Shown: positions 37,233-46,854 of the stretch, in pieces
How positions within the stretch are numbered: the stretch's first letter is position 1
Layout of the letters: every line of letters starts with the position of its first letter
Source of the DNA: Deltaproteobacteria bacterium
GTDB taxonomy: Bacteria > Desulfobacterota_D > UBA1144 > Nemesobacterales > Nemesobacteraceae
NCBI GenBank assembly: GCA_029262295.1
Contig: JAJCZR010000065.1
Span: forward strand, 857-64,856
Length of the DNA stretch: 64,000 nt
Direction of reading: 5' to 3'
The notes under the pieces: model-generated
Seen by the model: the letters and a program-made list of their open reading frames with translations, nothing else
Databases searched by the model: none
What the model was told of the DNA's origin: nothing
Translations under genes and position numbers: made by a program

Positions 37233-38567
37233 ATGAGCGAAGAAAAACTGAGAGAACATGCACATTTACTTTTCAATGAAGCTATAGATGAAGTTAATCC
37301 CAAAAAATGTGTTCTGGAACATTCAAGCCTCAAAAAAAATATTTTAAAAATCAACTCCAAGAAATACAACCTTGAAAATTTTAATTCAATATATGTAGTA
37401 GCTTTTGGAAAAGCTGCCCCTGCTATGGCTAATGCCGTGGAAGAACTTCTAAGCGATCGGATCACAAACGGAGTTGTAGTCTCAAACAACAAATCAGACT
37501 TCTCATTTAAAAACATGGAGTTTTGCCTTTCAAGTCATCCTGTTCCAGATAAAAAAAGCGTGGATGCCGCAGAAAAAGTAATAACCCTGCTCGACAAATC
37601 CACTAAAAATGATCTTGTAATCTTTTTAATCTCTGGAGGGGGAAGCTCCATACTTGCTCTTCCGTCTGAAGGGCTTTCAATCGAGGATATAAGAAAAGTT
37701 ACTCAAAGATTAATGCTTTCGGGCGTTGACACAAATGGCCTTAACACAATAAGAAAAAAACTTTCCCAAATTAAAGGTGGTGGCCTTCTAAAAAGGGCTT
37801 TACCTTCAGAAGTTGCAACACTCATTCTCTCTGACGTTGTTGGCGACAAACTGGAGTTTATTGCATCAGGGCCAACTGTATATGACACTACAACATTCGA
37901 AGATGCATGGCGAATTATTGATGCACTTGATCTGGAACATAAAATTCCACCAAAAGTTGTTGTACATCTTGAAAAAGGAAGAAAATTAAATTCTTCCCCT
38001 TTAATTACAAAAGAGGAAATAGACAAAAAAAGAGTTCAGACAATTGTTGTAGGAAACAATAGAAAGGCAATATCCGCAGTTGAGAAAAAAGCAAAGAAAC
38101 TTGGCTACAAAACTTTAATCCTTTCTTCCCAGATATCCGGTGAGGCAAGAGAGGTTGCTAAAGTACTTGCCGGCATTGCCTTTGATATTCAAAAGTTTGA
38201 GCACCCTATAAAAAAACCGGCCTGTATTATTTTTGGTGGAGAAACAACTGTTAATGTGATTGGAAAAGGGAAAGGTGGCAGAAACACTGAAACTGCGCTT
38301 TCTTTTTGTTTTGAAATAATTGGCAGAAAAAACATTGTGGGGCTTTTCGCGGGCACAGATGGAATTGATGGGCCTACAGATGCAGCTGGGGCAGTTTGCG
38401 ATGGAAGGTCAAGGCTTGTGGCAAGAAAGATGGGAGTGAGCGCAAGGGACCATCTTGCAAATAATAACTCTTACAATTTTTTCAAGAAAACAGGTGATCT
38501 TATCAAAACAGGTGCAACTGGTACAAATGTAATGGATATAGGGATTATCCTTATAGCAAAAGATTAA
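37233..38567 (+). CDS. glycerate 2-kinase (MOFRL family)
   Basis: GKAAPAMA, HPVPD, ISGGGS, SDVVGD...IASGPT, GGETTV, GGRN, TDGIDG, TGTNVMD. Confidence 0.92.
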   Translation: MSEEKLREHAHLLFNEAIDEVNPKKCVLEHSSLKKNILKINSKKYNLENFNSIYVVAFGKAAPAMANAVEELLSDRITNGVVVSNNKSDFSFKNMEFCLSSHPVPDKKSVDAAEKVITLLDKSTKNDLVIFLISGGGSSILALPSEGLSIEDIRKVTQRLMLSGVDTNGLNTIRKKLSQIKGGGLLKRALPSEVATLILSDVVGDKLEFIASGPTVYDTTTFEDAWRIIDALDLEHKIPPKVVVHLEKGRKLNSSPLITKEEIDKKRVQTIVVGNNRKAISAVEKKAKKLGYKTLILSSQISGEAREVAKVLAGIAFDIQKFEHPIKKPACIIFGGETTVNVIGKGKGGRNTETALSFCFEIIGRKNIVGLFAGTDGIDGPTDAAGAVCDGRSRLVARKMGVSARDHLANNNSYNFFKKTGDLIKTGATGTNVMDIGIILIAKD

Positions 38568-38570
38568 TCT

Positions 38571-38599
38571 TTGCCCACTCTTTAAATATCTTTTATAAT
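38571..38599 (+). promoter_or_regulatory. dnaB promoter
   Basis: TTGCCC-17bp-TATAAT, ending 11 nt before ATG 38611; no SD. Confidence 0.55.
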
Positions 38600-38610
38600 C
38601 TTAAAACCTT

Positions 38611-39969
38611 ATGCAAAACCTAACAAAACCGCTTCCTCAAAACGATGAAGCTGAAAAAGCTGTTTTAGGTGCAATTTTAATTGAAAACAGCATCATTAAT
38701 CAGGTTTTAGAGATTCTTACCCCTGAAGATTTCTATAAGGATTCTCATAGCAAGATTTTCAGCTGCATGATAGACCTTGATAAAGAGAATAACCCTATCG
38801 ATGTGCTCACTCTTTATGAATACATGGGAAATAAGGGAAGCCTCCTGGAAGATGTGGGCGGAAGCGCTTATCTTACATATCTTACTGATATTGTGCCGAC
38901 AGCTGCCAATGTTGCCCACTACGCAAGAATAGTTAAAGATAAATCTATTTTAAGAAAACTTGTGCTTGCAGCTACTGATATAGCACATAGGGGATATGAG
39001 CAGCCTGATAATGTAGACGATTATATTGACAGGGCAGAAATGGCAATCCTTAATATTGCTCAAAATAAAATTAAACCAAGCTTTTATCACTCAAGAGAGT
39101 TGGCAGGGCAAGCCCTTGAGCTCGTTGAGAAGCTACATGAAAATAAGGAACTTATTACCGGGGTATCAACCGGGTTTGAAAAAATAGATTATATGACAGC
39201 AGGCCTACAGCCTTCTGACCTGATAATCATTGCAGCAAGGCCTGGAGTTGGAAAAACATCTTTTTGTCTTAACGTCACAAGCAATGCAGCACTTAATGAA
39301 GGGCTTTCAGTCGGAATGTTTTCCTTAGAGATGACAAAAGAGCAGCTAATGCTAAGGCTTCTATCAATAAAAGCTAAAGTGAGTTTTTCAACAATAAGAA
39401 GTGGTTATATAAAAGACTCGGAACTCAAAGACATTTATAAAGCTGCGGAAGAGTATGGAAATGCCAACATTTTTATTGATGACACACCCGCACTTACAGT
39501 CCTTGAAGTAAGGGCAAAAGCAAGAAGGCTTAAAAGAGACAGGGGGCTTGATCTTATGATAGTCGACTATCTGCAACTTATGAGGGGAAGTGGATCAAGG
39601 AATGAAAGCCGTGAACGTGAGATTGCAGAAATATCAGGTTCTCTAAAAGCCCTTGCAAAAGAACTAAGCATTCCTGTAATAGGAATATCCCAGCTTAGCC
39701 GACAGACTGAAACCAGGTCAGACAGAAGACCTCAACTTTCTGATCTCAGGGAAAGTGGAGCAATAGAGCAGGATGCAGATGTGGTAATGTTTATTCACAG
39801 GCCTGATATTTATAAAAAGGATGCTGAAGAAAAAGACGGCTTGGCAGAGATTATTATTGGTAAACAAAGAAATGGCCCGATAGGCACAGCCAAGCTTGCA
39901 TTTCTTGATCAAAGGGGAGTGCCAAGCTTTGAGAACCTTGCGGATGATTTTGAAGAAGATTTTGCGTAA
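38611..39969 (+). CDS. dnaB: replicative DNA helicase
   Basis: [44 protein letters not shown]; no intein. Confidence 0.97.
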   Translation: MQNLTKPLPQNDEAEKAVLGAILIENSIINQVLEILTPEDFYKDSHSKIFSCMIDLDKENNPIDVLTLYEYMGNKGSLLEDVGGSAYLTYLTDIVPTAANVAHYARIVKDKSILRKLVLAATDIAHRGYEQPDNVDDYIDRAEMAILNIAQNKIKPSFYHSRELAGQALELVEKLHENKELITGVSTGFEKIDYMTAGLQPSDLIIIAARPGVGKTSFCLNVTSNAALNEGLSVGMFSLEMTKEQLMLRLLSIKAKVSFSTIRSGYIKDSELKDIYKAAEEYGNANIFIDDTPALTVLEVRAKARRLKRDRGLDLMIVDYLQLMRGSGSRNESREREIAEISGSLKALAKELSIPVIGISQLSRQTETRSDRRPQLSDLRESGAIEQDADVVMFIHRPDIYKKDAEEKDGLAEIIIGKQRNGPIGTAKLAFLDQRGVPSFENLADDFEEDFA

Positions 39970-40035
39970 TTAATACAGTTTTACTTAAAGATTTTAATTT
40001 GACATCTTTTAACAATTTATTAACTATAAACAATT

Positions 40036-40818
40036 ATGGCACAATCTGTTTTAATGGTTTACGAGTATCTTGACGCATTAAAAGAAAACAACTACTGGAT
40101 GGAGTATATCAACTTTTATCTTAAGTTTTGGGATGGCCCCGCAACACCAAAATCCACATGGTGGGGAAGAGAGTATCATGAGTTTAGACAATCCCTTTCA
40201 AATCATTTAGACCTGGATGAAAAATACCTTAAAGACTGCTTCTTTATTAAAGATAAAGATGAGAAGTATTATGTATGTCCAATCGGCACCGATATAAAAA
40301 ACCTTAACATCCTGGCTGCTGAAAATAGAATCCCTTATGAGTGGTTTTTACTCTTTGGAAATGAAGAAAAAAACTATTTTTATACTCATACGGGTTTTGG
40401 TGCAATTCACCACGATTCAATATATTACAGCACAAAAATAGAACAATCCCTTGAAAGAATAGAAAATGCAGAAAAACTCATTTCTGATAACCTTGAAATT
40501 TTAGGTGATGATATTAATGGCTTTCAATCACTAAAAAAATTACATCTCATAAAAGACGGGATTTTTAATATTAAAGACTGGATATCAGGATTTAATGGTA
40601 AAGGCATTTTAATACTTAACTATGGAGAAATATGCTCTTTTATTGAGCAAAATTCCCTTAAAGATGAAAACTCTGTGGGCAATCTTTGGGAAATTCTTGA
40701 TAGTATTAAAAGCGGTGAACTTGAGAAAGCCGATTCTGATCTCAGGTTTTTGGATATAAAGTGGATGGATATATCATCAAATGCTGCGGGCACTTTTGAA
40801 ATTTCTTCCCTTCAGTAA
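40036..40818 (+). CDS. hypothetical protein
   Basis: 260-aa ORF with host-like codon use; no motif recognised. Confidence 0.75.
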   Translation: MAQSVLMVYEYLDALKENNYWMEYINFYLKFWDGPATPKSTWWGREYHEFRQSLSNHLDLDEKYLKDCFFIKDKDEKYYVCPIGTDIKNLNILAAENRIPYEWFLLFGNEEKNYFYTHTGFGAIHHDSIYYSTKIEQSLERIENAEKLISDNLEILGDDINGFQSLKKLHLIKDGIFNIKDWISGFNGKGILILNYGEICSFIEQNSLKDENSVGNLWEILDSIKSGELEKADSDLRFLDIKWMDISSNAAGTFEISSLQ

Positions 40819-40862
40819 ACTTGCACTATAATTAATTGAGAAAATAAAATTGGTGCAATATT

Positions 40863-41663
40863 TTGAGTCAAAACAACCCCTTTAAAGCTCCCCTGTATAA
40901 AGAAGTTCAAAATAATAATGAACAAAAACGAAAACTAAACGCAAAAAGTGCTGTATTAATATTCGCTTCCTATCTCGGTATTCAAATTTTATCTGGAATT
41001 ATAGCAGGGATAGTATTTGCCGTTTATTTTGCAGCTAAAAATTCAGGTTTTAATAGCGAAGAATTTCAGCTTTTTTTTAAAGGATACACACTTCCAATTC
41101 TTATATTCTCACTTCTTTCTTCGGGTTTTATAATGTTGGCTTTGAGCTTAAAATATGGGAAAGACCTCATTAAAGATACAAGCACAACGGGAATAGCATT
41201 AAATACAGGAAAAACAAAGAACCTGCTCTTTTCTATATTTCTTGGGATATTAATTGCCCTTCTTTATTCTTCTTTTGCTGTTTTCATCTATCCGCCCGAT
41301 CCAGATGCAGAGGTTGGCCCTCTTACGCAGATGCTCATCACCCCGGGGCCCACAAGAATATTCTGGATATTTCTTGCACTATTTTTTGCACCGTTTGTTG
41401 AAGAATTTTTGTTCAGGGGCGTAATGATAGCAGGCTTTGCATACTCATATGGAATAACAAGGGCCGCGATCATTGTTACTTTTCTTTTTGTCGTGATCCA
41501 CTCATTCGAAGCTATTCACTACCCACCCGCTTTCGGTGGAATAACACTTATCGCAATTGTCGTTCTTTACCTGCGATTAAGATACAAATCACTTGGCCCA
41601 CCAATAGCTGCACACTTTGGATACAATTTGGTAATTGCTTCGGCCACTTTTGTAGGCGGGTAG
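40863..41663 (+). CDS. CPBP (Abi/CAAX) intramembrane metalloprotease
   Basis: APFVEEFLFRG, FVVIH, AAHFGYN. Confidence 0.9.
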   Translation: MSQNNPFKAPLYKEVQNNNEQKRKLNAKSAVLIFASYLGIQILSGIIAGIVFAVYFAAKNSGFNSEEFQLFFKGYTLPILIFSLLSSGFIMLALSLKYGKDLIKDTSTTGIALNTGKTKNLLFSIFLGILIALLYSSFAVFIYPPDPDAEVGPLTQMLITPGPTRIFWIFLALFFAPFVEEFLFRGVMIAGFAYSYGITRAAIIVTFLFVVIHSFEAIHYPPAFGGITLIAIVVLYLRLRYKSLGPPIAAHFGYNLVIASATFVGG

Positions 41664-41683
41664 GAAAGTATTTATAGAATATT

Positions 41684-42985
41684 TTACTGAAACACAGCTA
41701 ACAACATTCCGGCAGCAACAGCAGATCCTACTACACCTGCGACATTAGGACCCATGGCATGCATTAAAAGCATATTCTGAGGATCTTCCTTTGCACCGAC
41801 ATCCTGGGAAACCCTTGCAGCCATAGGGACGGCTGATACTCCTGCAGAACCTATTAAAGGATTTATTTTATTCTGAGAGAAAACATTCATAAGTTTTGCC
41901 ATCAAAACTCCTGAGGCTGTTCCAATACTAAAAGCAATAATTCCTAAAAGAAGTATTCCAAGTGTTTCAGCTGACAAAAACTCACCTGCAGAAAGTTTGG
42001 AACCAACTCCAAGTCCTAAGAATATGGTTGTAATATTTATTAACGCATTTCTTACTGTATCTGAAAGTCTTTCAACCACACCACATTCCCTCATCAAATT
42101 ACCAAACATAAAAAACCCTATCAAAGGGGCAGCTGATGGTAAAAGTAATAAGCAAATTGTTAGGGCAAGAAGAGGAAATATTATCTTTTCGGTTTTGCCA
42201 ACCGGCCTAAGCTGTTTCATCCTAATTATTCTTTCTTCTTTTGTAGTTAATGCCTTCATTATCGGAGGTTGAATTAATGGCACTAAAGCCATATACGAAT
42301 ATGCAGCAACAGAAATTGCTCCCAGCAACCTCGGAGAAAGTTGTGAAGAAAGAAAAATTGCTGTTGGGCCATCTGCACCGCCAATAATTCCTATTGATGC
42401 AGCATCTTGAAGAGAAAAATTAATCTGGGGAACATACTGAGTTAGTGCGATAGCACCGACAAGAGTTGTAAAAATACCAAACTGCGCAGCCCCCCCGAGG
42501 AGTATTGTTTTTGGGTTCGCCAGAAGCGGGCCAAAATCAGTTAATGCACCAACTCCCATAAAAATTATAAGTGGAAAAACCCCTGTCTTTATCCCTATTT
42601 CGTATACGTAGTAAAGAATACCGCCCGGCTCATTAATTCCGGCAAGCGGAATATTTGATAGAATACAACCAAAGGCTATTGTAACAAGCAGCAAAGGTTC
42701 AAACTTTTTGGCAATTCCAAGATACAAGAGGAGAAAACCAACAAGTATCATTACCAAACGTCCAAACCCGTTTGTCCAACTCTCTTCATTACCTTCAATA
42801 AAACCAACAACCCCTGTTGACTTTAATATGCTTTTTAATAAAACCCCAATTGAAGGAAGTGACTCAACCTGCTCGGTTTGCTGAACAACATGATCGGTTT
42901 GAGCAGCTTCCCCAAATACAACCGTTGGTGTAAATAGCCCGAATACGACTAATAAAAGTAATAAAATTAAACTGTGATTTTTCAT
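41684..42985 (-). CDS. oadB: Na+-translocating decarboxylase beta subunit
   Basis: [41 protein letters not shown]. Confidence 0.94.
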   Translation of the reverse strand: MKNHSLILLLLLVVFGLFTPTVVFGEAAQTDHVVQQTEQVESLPSIGVLLKSILKSTGVVGFIEGNEESWTNGFGRLVMILVGFLLLYLGIAKKFEPLLLVTIAFGCILSNIPLAGINEPGGILYYVYEIGIKTGVFPLIIFMGVGALTDFGPLLANPKTILLGGAAQFGIFTTLVGAIALTQYVPQINFSLQDAASIGIIGGADGPTAIFLSSQLSPRLLGAISVAAYSYMALVPLIQPPIMKALTTKEERIIRMKQLRPVGKTEKIIFPLLALTICLLLLPSAAPLIGFFMFGNLMRECGVVERLSDTVRNALINITTIFLGLGVGSKLSAGEFLSAETLGILLLGIIAFSIGTASGVLMAKLMNVFSQNKINPLIGSAGVSAVPMAARVSQDVGAKEDPQNMLLMHAMGPNVAGVVGSAVAAGMLLAVFQ

Positions 42986-42989
42986 GAGA

Positions 42990-44780
42990 TTATGAAGGAT
43001 TGATCGTCATTAAAATATCACCTGCTTCAACGACATCCCCCTGGTTAATTTCAATTGAAGCAACCTCTCCGTCACAAGGTGAGGCCACAGGTGTTTCCAT
43101 TTTCATTGCTTCAAGCACAACAAGTGGTTCATTTTCTTTTACCTTATCCCCAACTCCGACAACCAGTCGCAACACATTTCCCGGCACCCCGGCTATAACT
43201 TCGGTTGAACCGCCTGTGGGAGCTGAAGGAGCATTTTTGGGTTTTGAGGTTTCACTAACAGACTGCACTTCGGAGGTGCCTTCTTTTACTGTAACGTTAT
43301 AATCGCTGCCATTAACTGTGACAACAAAATTTTCTGGGCCAGGTGATTTTGAAGCAGCTGGTGCTTTAGCCTGCTCAGCTTCCACATTTTTTCTTACATT
43401 CACAGTAAAATCACCTTTTAGAAAATCAAGGCCTTTATTACCACCCGCAGTCGCAAGCGCACCAACAATAAAAATATTTTCGTCGGTTACCGGGAGTCCT
43501 TCTTTTTCAAGTATTTCTTTTGCCTTTGGAATACCGGGGTCAAGAATATCAACTGGATTGCCATCAAATTTAGGTTTTCCGAGTTGCTCAGATGCAATTT
43601 TTACAATCTCCGGATCAGGTTCAACAGGAGTTCTTCCAAAATAACCGAGTACCATTTGACCATAACCATCAGTCATTTTTTTCCATGGGCCTTGAGTTAC
43701 ATTTGCAAAAGCCTGTTGAAAATAAAACTGCGAAACGGGTGTAACAGAGGTCCCGAAACCACCTTTTGCAACACACTCAGACATAGCTTCAATTACCTTT
43801 GGATAAAGTTTAAGTGTGCCTGTGTCTCGCATCATCATTGTGTTGGCAGTAAGGGCACCACCTGGCATTGGGGATAAAAGCACTTCTGAAGATACTTTTA
43901 GTGCTTCAGGTGGAAAATAATATTCACTCATTGCTTCTTTAAATACTGCATTTGCCTCAAGAATTTTCGCTACATCTATATCGAGTGTGTATTCCGTGTC
44001 TTTAAGGGCATTCCACATTGAAATTAGATCGGGCTGCGCCGTTCCCCCCGACACTGGTGCCCTTGCAACGCATATTCCATCACAACCGCCATGAATTGCA
44101 CCCATATACTGATGCACTCCCTGTGCAGCTGTTTCATGGGTATGCATCCAGAGAATCACATCATCGCCAACAAGTTTTCTGGCAGCTTTAAATGTTTTAT
44201 GTACTTTTTCTGGATTGGAGGTCCCGGAAGCATCTTTAAAACAGATTGAATCAAAAGGAAGGCCGGAATCAAGGATTTTTTTAAGCCTGTCAATATAAAA
44301 ATCTACATCATGCGCCCCACTGCAACCAGGGGGAAGCTCCATCATTGTAATAACCACTTGATGATGAAGGCCCGCATTTGTGATACACTCACCTGAATAC
44401 TCAAGATTTCTTACATCATTAAGGGCATCAAAATTTCTTATGTGTGACATTCCATGCTTTTTAAACATCTTGGCGTGAAGGTCAATCATATCTTTTGGTT
44501 GTTGTGAAAGGGCAACCACATTTATACCCCTTGCAAGGGTTTGCAGATTTGCATCCGGGCCAACCGCTTCGCGAAACTTATCCATCATATCGAATGCAGA
44601 TTCCCCGCAGTAAAGAAAAAGGCTCTGAAACCTTGCCCCGCCCCCTGCTTCAAAATGTGTAATACCTGCATGTGCCGCTGCTTCAACTGCTGGAATGAAA
44701 TCTTCAGTTAAAACTCTGGCACCAAAAACCGATTGAAATCCATCACGAAATGATGTGTCTTGAAATAAAATTTTCTTCAT
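42990..44780 (-). CDS. oadA: oxaloacetate decarboxylase alpha subunit (carboxyltransferase + biotin domain)
   Basis: RDGFQS, HTHET, PMPGG, VTPVSQ, EAMKM; flanked by beta and gamma subunit genes. Confidence 0.88.
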   Translation of the reverse strand: MKKILFQDTSFRDGFQSVFGARVLTEDFIPAVEAAAHAGITHFEAGGGARFQSLFLYCGESAFDMMDKFREAVGPDANLQTLARGINVVALSQQPKDMIDLHAKMFKKHGMSHIRNFDALNDVRNLEYSGECITNAGLHHQVVITMMELPPGCSGAHDVDFYIDRLKKILDSGLPFDSICFKDASGTSNPEKVHKTFKAARKLVGDDVILWMHTHETAAQGVHQYMGAIHGGCDGICVARAPVSGGTAQPDLISMWNALKDTEYTLDIDVAKILEANAVFKEAMSEYYFPPEALKVSSEVLLSPMPGGALTANTMMMRDTGTLKLYPKVIEAMSECVAKGGFGTSVTPVSQFYFQQAFANVTQGPWKKMTDGYGQMVLGYFGRTPVEPDPEIVKIASEQLGKPKFDGNPVDILDPGIPKAKEILEKEGLPVTDENIFIVGALATAGGNKGLDFLKGDFTVNVRKNVEAEQAKAPAASKSPGPENFVVTVNGSDYNVTVKEGTSEVQSVSETSKPKNAPSAPTGGSTEVIAGVPGNVLRLVVGVGDKVKENEPLVVLEAMKMETPVASPCDGEVASIEINQGDVVEAGDILMTINPS

Positions 44781-44805
44781 CTTTTTATAACCCTTTTCAA
44801 ATTAT

Positions 44806-45024
44806 TTATTTTGCCTTTCTAACCCTATAGGCCGCAATTGCGGCAGAAATTACGGCAGTAATTTCACCATTTTTAATATTGGTTTTTCTGTTTTTAGGGG
44901 CTATTGCTGCAGCCTTTCCCTTGAAAATTTTTGAAGAAAGTATAACAAGCAGCATTAATACGATAAGAAATATATAAACGATGATCATGCCTATGACCAT
45001 CAGCTTCAATCCTTCAATAATCAT
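44806..45024 (-). CDS. oadG: OadG family gamma subunit
   Basis: GLKLMVIGMIIVYIFL TM segment; AVISAAIAAY. Confidence 0.88.
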   Translation of the reverse strand: MIIEGLKLMVIGMIIVYIFLIVLMLLVILSSKIFKGKAAAIAPKNRKTNIKNGEITAVISAAIAAYRVRKAK

Positions 45025-45169
45025 ATTTTAATTAGACCCCTATGTGGAATTAGTTGAAATTAATTATTCGCAAGAATTAATTTATTGTCAATTCCAAAGA
45101 AGTGATATTATCCGAAATTGTGCTTAAAAATATGGGAAGTAAGTATTAAGGAAAAAGCGCTAATAGCAA

Positions 45170-45877
45170 TTAACTTTCACGAAGATTACTCAATTCATCA
45201 TCAAAGCTGTTTTTAAATTTCAATACCTTGGATACATAACGCGGCATTAAATTTTTATTGTTATGTTTCTTTATAAGCCTGTTAAATTTGTGCGGGCCAT
45301 AGTTATACGCCCCCAAAGCATGGTTAAGGCTATTATACTGCTCTTCAAGTTCGGAAAGGTAGGCTATTCCAAGCCTTACATTAATCTCAGGATCGTAAAG
45401 CTGTTTTCTTGTTACAAGGCTGATGCCTTCCTGCTTGGCAATATATCTGCCTGTGCTTGGCATGATCTGCATCAGGCCCATTGCACCTTTATTTGAGATC
45501 GCTTTGGGACGAAAACGGCTTTCAACCATTATTACCCCCAAAACCACTGATGGATCAATTCCCTTTCTATAAGATTCCATGTTAATGACATTTGCAAGGT
45601 TATATGCCTCTGATGGGCTAAGGGAATCTGTATTGCGAAGAATTAACCTGAATATTTCAATTTCACTATCATCGAAATTCTTTGTGTTAACCTTAGTAAC
45701 GGTTGTATTAATTTTATTTAGATATCCAAGGCTTGAGTGCTCATACCTGCTACCCGAACTTATAAACAAAAATCCAACTGCAAAGATTGCAAATACAAAA
45801 GTAAAAACAATTGCTGTGAATGATACTACAAGCTCTTTAAGAATAAATGATTTTTCATTTGATAAGCTTTTTTTCAT
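45170..45877 (-). CDS. lytic transglycosylase (SLT domain)
   Basis: VIMVESRF, SNKGAMGLMQIMP, AYNYGP. Confidence 0.9.
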   Translation of the reverse strand: MKKSLSNEKSFILKELVVSFTAIVFTFVFAIFAVGFLFISSGSRYEHSSLGYLNKINTTVTKVNTKNFDDSEIEIFRLILRNTDSLSPSEAYNLANVINMESYRKGIDPSVVLGVIMVESRFRPKAISNKGAMGLMQIMPSTGRYIAKQEGISLVTRKQLYDPEINVRLGIAYLSELEEQYNSLNHALGAYNYGPHKFNRLIKKHNNKNLMPRYVSKVLKFKNSFDDELSNLRES

Positions 45878-46052
45878 TTTATATAGAGTGCCCTTAAATA
45901 TTTTGATACAGTATAATTATTGTCGATTCAATTTTTTTGGAGTTTTTGTTCTTCAGGAGTAGTTTTTGCTATACATTGTATGTAAATATCAATAAAAAAC
46001 AAGTTTTTTTTCTTGACGTTTAAATAGAATCATGTTAAGTTGACCGCTTATC

Positions 46053-46202
46053 ATGAAAAGAACTTATCAACCGCATGTTATAAAAAGATTAAGAAAGCAT
46101 GGGTTTCGTGCCAGATTAAAAACAAAAGGCGGAAGAAACTTACTAAAAAGAAGAATTGCCAAAGGCAGATACAGCCTGGCAGTGGAGAAATGGAAAAAAT
46201 AA
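46053..46202 (+). CDS. rpmH: 50S ribosomal protein L34
   Basis: Manual translation [49 protein letters not shown]. Missed by the ORF track. Confidence 0.96.
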   Translation: MKRTYQPHVIKRLRKHGFRARLKTKGGRNLLKRRIAKGRYSLAVEKWKK

Positions 46203-46543
46203 ACCATTTTTCAAATCAATCCTTTCCAAAAAATCTTAGAATAATTAAATCTGATCATTTTAAACAAATATTTAAGTCTGGAAGAAAAATCTATTCTGCA
46301 AATTTTGTTATTTACGTATTATCCAATCAACTTGATTTCCCGAGAATCGGTATATCCGTTGGAAGAAGAGTCTCCACAAAAGCAACTGATAGAAATAAAA
46401 TCAAAAGGCTTATAAGGGAAGTTTTTAGAACAAACAAAAATATTTTTGATAAAAATGATATAGTTTTAGTAGTGAAAAATAATGTTAAAGATGTAAAGGG
46501 CAAAGATTTATTCGAGGAAATAAAAAAAGCGTTGAGAAAGTAA
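46190..46543 (+). CDS. rnpA: ribonuclease P protein component
   Basis: [26 protein letters not shown] 46190 with GGAG RBS, overlapping rpmH. Confidence 0.93.
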   Translation: MEKINHFSNQSFPKNLRIIKSDHFKQIFKSGRKIYSANFVIYVLSNQLDFPRIGISVGRRVSTKATDRNKIKRLIREVFRTNKNIFDKNDIVLVVKNNVKDVKGKDLFEEIKKALRK

Positions 46544-46545
46544 AA

Positions 46546-46779
46546 TTGATATTGGATAGGATTATTTCAAAAATTACGATTTCAATAATAAAAGCATATA
46601 AGGCTTTTATCTCACCTATTTTACCATTTAGTTGTAGATTTCATCCCAGCTGCTCTGCATATACCATTGAGGCAATTAAAATTCATGGATCTTTTCGAGG
46701 CCTTCAGATGGGGGTTAAAAGGTTATTTAAGTGTCACCCTTTTAATAAAGGGGGTTACGATCCAGTAAAAAAAGAGTAA
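46546..46779 (+). CDS. yidD: membrane protein insertion efficiency factor YidD
   Basis: CRFHPSCSAY, KCHPF..GGYDPV. Confidence 0.94.
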   Translation: MILDRIISKITISIIKAYKAFISPILPFSCRFHPSCSAYTIEAIKIHGSFRGLQMGVKRLFKCHPFNKGGYDPVKKE

Positions 46780-46854
46780 AATTTGATGTTTGATATTCAA
46801 TATAATAAAATTCTGTATTATAATTAAAACAATCTATATAGGTTACAAGAAATT

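Noticed and set aside
38611-39969. Intein in dnaB
   Set aside because: Normal 452-aa length with contiguous helicase motifs.
45878-46052. oriC upstream of rpmH
   Set aside because: No dnaA and no DnaA-box cluster seen.
46040-46189. Long N-terminus of RnpA
   Set aside because: It is an alternative frame of rpmH (46053-46202); rnpA starts at 46190.
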